From the NCBI GenBank assembly GCA_963701075.1, contig OY969559.1:1216001-1280000 (forward strand): a DNA stretch of 64,000 nucleotides. Direction: 5' to 3'. This stretch comes from an uncultured Nitrososphaerota archaeon. Lineage in GTDB: Archaea > Thermoproteota > Nitrososphaeria > Nitrososphaerales > Nitrosopumilaceae. Of this stretch, positions 62,297-64,000 are shown in pieces. How positions within the stretch are numbered: the stretch's first letter is position 1; every line of letters starts with the position of its first letter. The notes beneath the pieces were generated by a model that was not told the DNA's origin, did no database searches, and saw only the letters and a list, made by a program, of their open reading frames with translations. The position numbers and the translations under genes were made by a program.

Positions 62297-62566
62297 ATGA
62301 CTAGGCAGGAGGAAGGCAGTGCACCTACAAATTCCGAAGTAAAGAGAATAGTCTCTGACGAAGTTAGGCCTTTACTTGAGAAACTAACGGAACTTGTAGA
62401 CAAGATGGGGCGCTATCACAATCATGATATTGAATTCCAGCAGAAATTGATACTTTTGATATCTCAGATGTTCAAAAACCAAGAGATATCCATGGAGGGC
62501 TTTGACAAGCTCGATTTGTTCATAAGAAAGGAATTCTTCTGGGGTACGCCAAAATCAGATGTCTAG
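62297..62566 (+). CDS. Hypothetical protein
   Basis: 89-aa ORF with upstream TTTAAATA box. Confidence 0.65.
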   Translation: MTRQEEGSAPTNSEVKRIVSDEVRPLLEKLTELVDKMGRYHNHDIEFQQKLILLISQMFKNQEISMEGFDKLDLFIRKEFFWGTPKSDV

Positions 62567-62643
62567 AACAAATTTTCGACATTTCACCTTTTAACTTGTC
62601 TATGTGAGTTGATCTTCACATTAAATAGACACATTTTGTAAAA

Positions 62644-62991
62644 ATGTGCATGGAAAAGTTTGAGCTTACACTTTTAGTAGGCAAAAAACCAGCAGATAAT
62701 CAAACCAAGAAACTTCAAGAGTACTTCAATGAGATGCCGATGGAGGAAATACTTGCTGGCCTTTATTTTGCAAAAAGCCGATGGACTGCAAAGGACGCAG
62801 GCGTTCTAAAAGTAGGAAGGAAAAGCATAATCAAAAAAGAAATTCACTCTGTTACATCCGAGCAAGCCCAATGGCGCTTGAAAAACTGGAAGACCATGAT
62901 AGCAAATTACAGAAGACTAGGATACAGCTACCCAACAATATCGAGAATAAAGAAGCACTTTGCAGAAATAAGCAAAAAGCGCTCTAAATAG
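62644..62991 (+). CDS. Conserved hypothetical protein
   Basis: 115-aa basic ORF. Confidence 0.65.
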   Translation: MCMEKFELTLLVGKKPADNQTKKLQEYFNEMPMEEILAGLYFAKSRWTAKDAGVLKVGRKSIIKKEIHSVTSEQAQWRLKNWKTMIANYRRLGYSYPTISRIKKHFAEISKKRSK

Positions 62992-63664
62992 TAGCTTGCT
63001 CTTTTGTCGTAGAAGGCAAGTTGGGTGGAAGGTCGGGAATTGTCTGTCTGACATGTCCTTCTAGCACCGCTTGCGCTTCTTCAAGAATCTGGCTTGTCTC
63101 AGAACTTGTCGTATCGACAACAAATTGGCTGTCTGCGTTGACTGAAGAGCCTGCCATGATATCTCCTAGTATGCTTGACAGGTCCTGCATTGACGAGCTT
63201 GCCTCAGGCACGAGTCCGCTCAAACTGGTTCCTAGGCCCTTTATGACGGACATGCATGGGCTCAGCGTGACAACCACATCGCCAAGTTCTGACATTGTGT
63301 TTAATCTAATCTGGATCTGTTCCATGGCTAATTTTGCACCTGTTATCATGTTGTTCATCTTTCTAATCTCATGTAGTTCTGTGGCATATGCGTTAGAATA
63401 TGGCTTGTTGTGGTTTCTTACTGCCTCTACCACTTTTTTGAAAATATAATCATCTTTTTCCTTTAGTTTTCGTGAAATAGAGTCAAGTTTTGCTATCTGA
63501 AGCTGCAGCTTTTTTTGTGCCTCATCAATCTTTGGTCTAAGTGGAGCATCAGGTTTTACCTTATCCATTACCTTCTGTGATATGCTTTCCTTTTGGGTGT
63601 TCCATCTTGCTGCAAAGTTCATGATTTTTGACTGTGCCATGATCTGAATCGATATTTTAAACAT
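62984..63664 (-). CDS. cdvB: ESCRT-III/Snf7 family protein (CdvB homologue); start probably downstream (63640 or 63622)
   Basis: YATEL..IRK, LEQ-like AMEQIQIRLNT..ELGDVVVTLSP, ILEEA. Confidence 0.88.
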   Translation of the reverse strand: MFKISIQIMAQSKIMNFAARWNTQKESISQKVMDKVKPDAPLRPKIDEAQKKLQLQIAKLDSISRKLKEKDDYIFKKVVEAVRNHNKPYSNAYATELHEIRKMNNMITGAKLAMEQIQIRLNTMSELGDVVVTLSPCMSVIKGLGTSLSGLVPEASSSMQDLSSILGDIMAGSSVNADSQFVVDTTSSETSQILEEAQAVLEGHVRQTIPDLPPNLPSTTKEQATI

Positions 63665-63682
63665 TCATGTTCTATGCATGGG

Positions 63683-63714
63683 TGTAACTGCAGTGACACA
63701 TTGCTGCAGTTACA
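63683..63714. promoter_or_regulatory. Inverted repeat upstream of the cdvB homologue
   Basis: TGTAACTGCAG-N10-CTGCAGTTACA, perfect 11-bp arms. Confidence 0.55.
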
Positions 63715-63740
63715 AGTGTGATTTGTCATCTTTGATAATC

Positions 63741-63770
63741 AATGTTTCAAAATTCGAATTTAGAAACATT
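63741..63770. repeat. Third copy of the AATTCGAATT-core palindrome
   Basis: AATGTTTCAAAATTCGAATTTAGAAACATT; reverse complement matches 58152-58181 at 27/30. Confidence 0.8.
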
Positions 63771-63784
63771 AATTATTGACACGG

Positions 63785-64000
63785 CTATCCAAACGTGAAT
63801 GTATAGATTTGAAATCCTGGTTTTGCTATTAGAGTCAGAGTGTGCGCGCCTGCCTGCTGGGATGAAATGACATTATACAGCCTGTTCTCTGACACATGAA
63901 CTGTACTATTTTGGGTGTCTTGTCCGGCATCACTTGTTCCAACAGGGTTTCCATCGAGCAGTACTTGTACATCAACATTGGGGCCTGCAGCTACGATATG
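63785..64000 (-). CDS. DipZ-like thioredoxin protein, C-terminal fragment (runs off window)
   Basis: VLLDG...RLYNVI...HTLTL...GFQIYTFTFG-stop. Confidence 0.85.
   Translation of the reverse strand, partial: HIVAAGPNVDVQVLLDGNPVGTSDAGQDTQNSTVHVSENRLYNVISSQQAGAHTLTLIAKPGFQIYTFTFG

Noticed and set aside
542-63449. Numerous antisense ORFs in the track (e.g. 542..820, 12222..12713, 33236..33691, 63021..63449)
   Set aside because: Shadow frames of well-supported genes, with no motifs

Overview
Chromosomal segment of an ammonia-oxidising archaeon (Nitrososphaerota/Thaumarchaeota, Nitrosopumilales-like, possibly Nitrosotalea; inferred from gene content and the IPSWIKNNAGWW secreted-protein motif). 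Core genes include citrate synthase, purS/purQ/purL/purF/purC, proteasome alpha, the L3-L6 ribosomal protein cluster, an ESCRT-III/CdvB homologue, tRNA-Thr(UGU) and tRNA-Asn(GUU). The main accessory feature is a ~13.7 kb integrated element (9449-23115) bounded by a 14-bp direct repeat. It carries a tyrosine integrase, a frameshifted P-loop/wHTH replication-like protein with iteron-like repeats, and a same-strand putative defence module. That module comprises an ApeA-like HEPN protein, a STAND-like ATPase-wHTH gene bracketed by a 30-bp repeat, and a 951-aa cytoplasmic fusion of a SIR2 NADase domain to thaumarchaeal S-layer-type Ig domains and a cupredoxin, which is the best candidate for an undescribed system. 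Two near-identical IS5-family copies flank the ribosomal cluster. Several single-base lesions (replication gene, integrase tail, DHH gene, tRNA-Asn, in-frame TGA in purF) suggest residual assembly errors. All family calls come from motif recognition by eye; no database searches were run.
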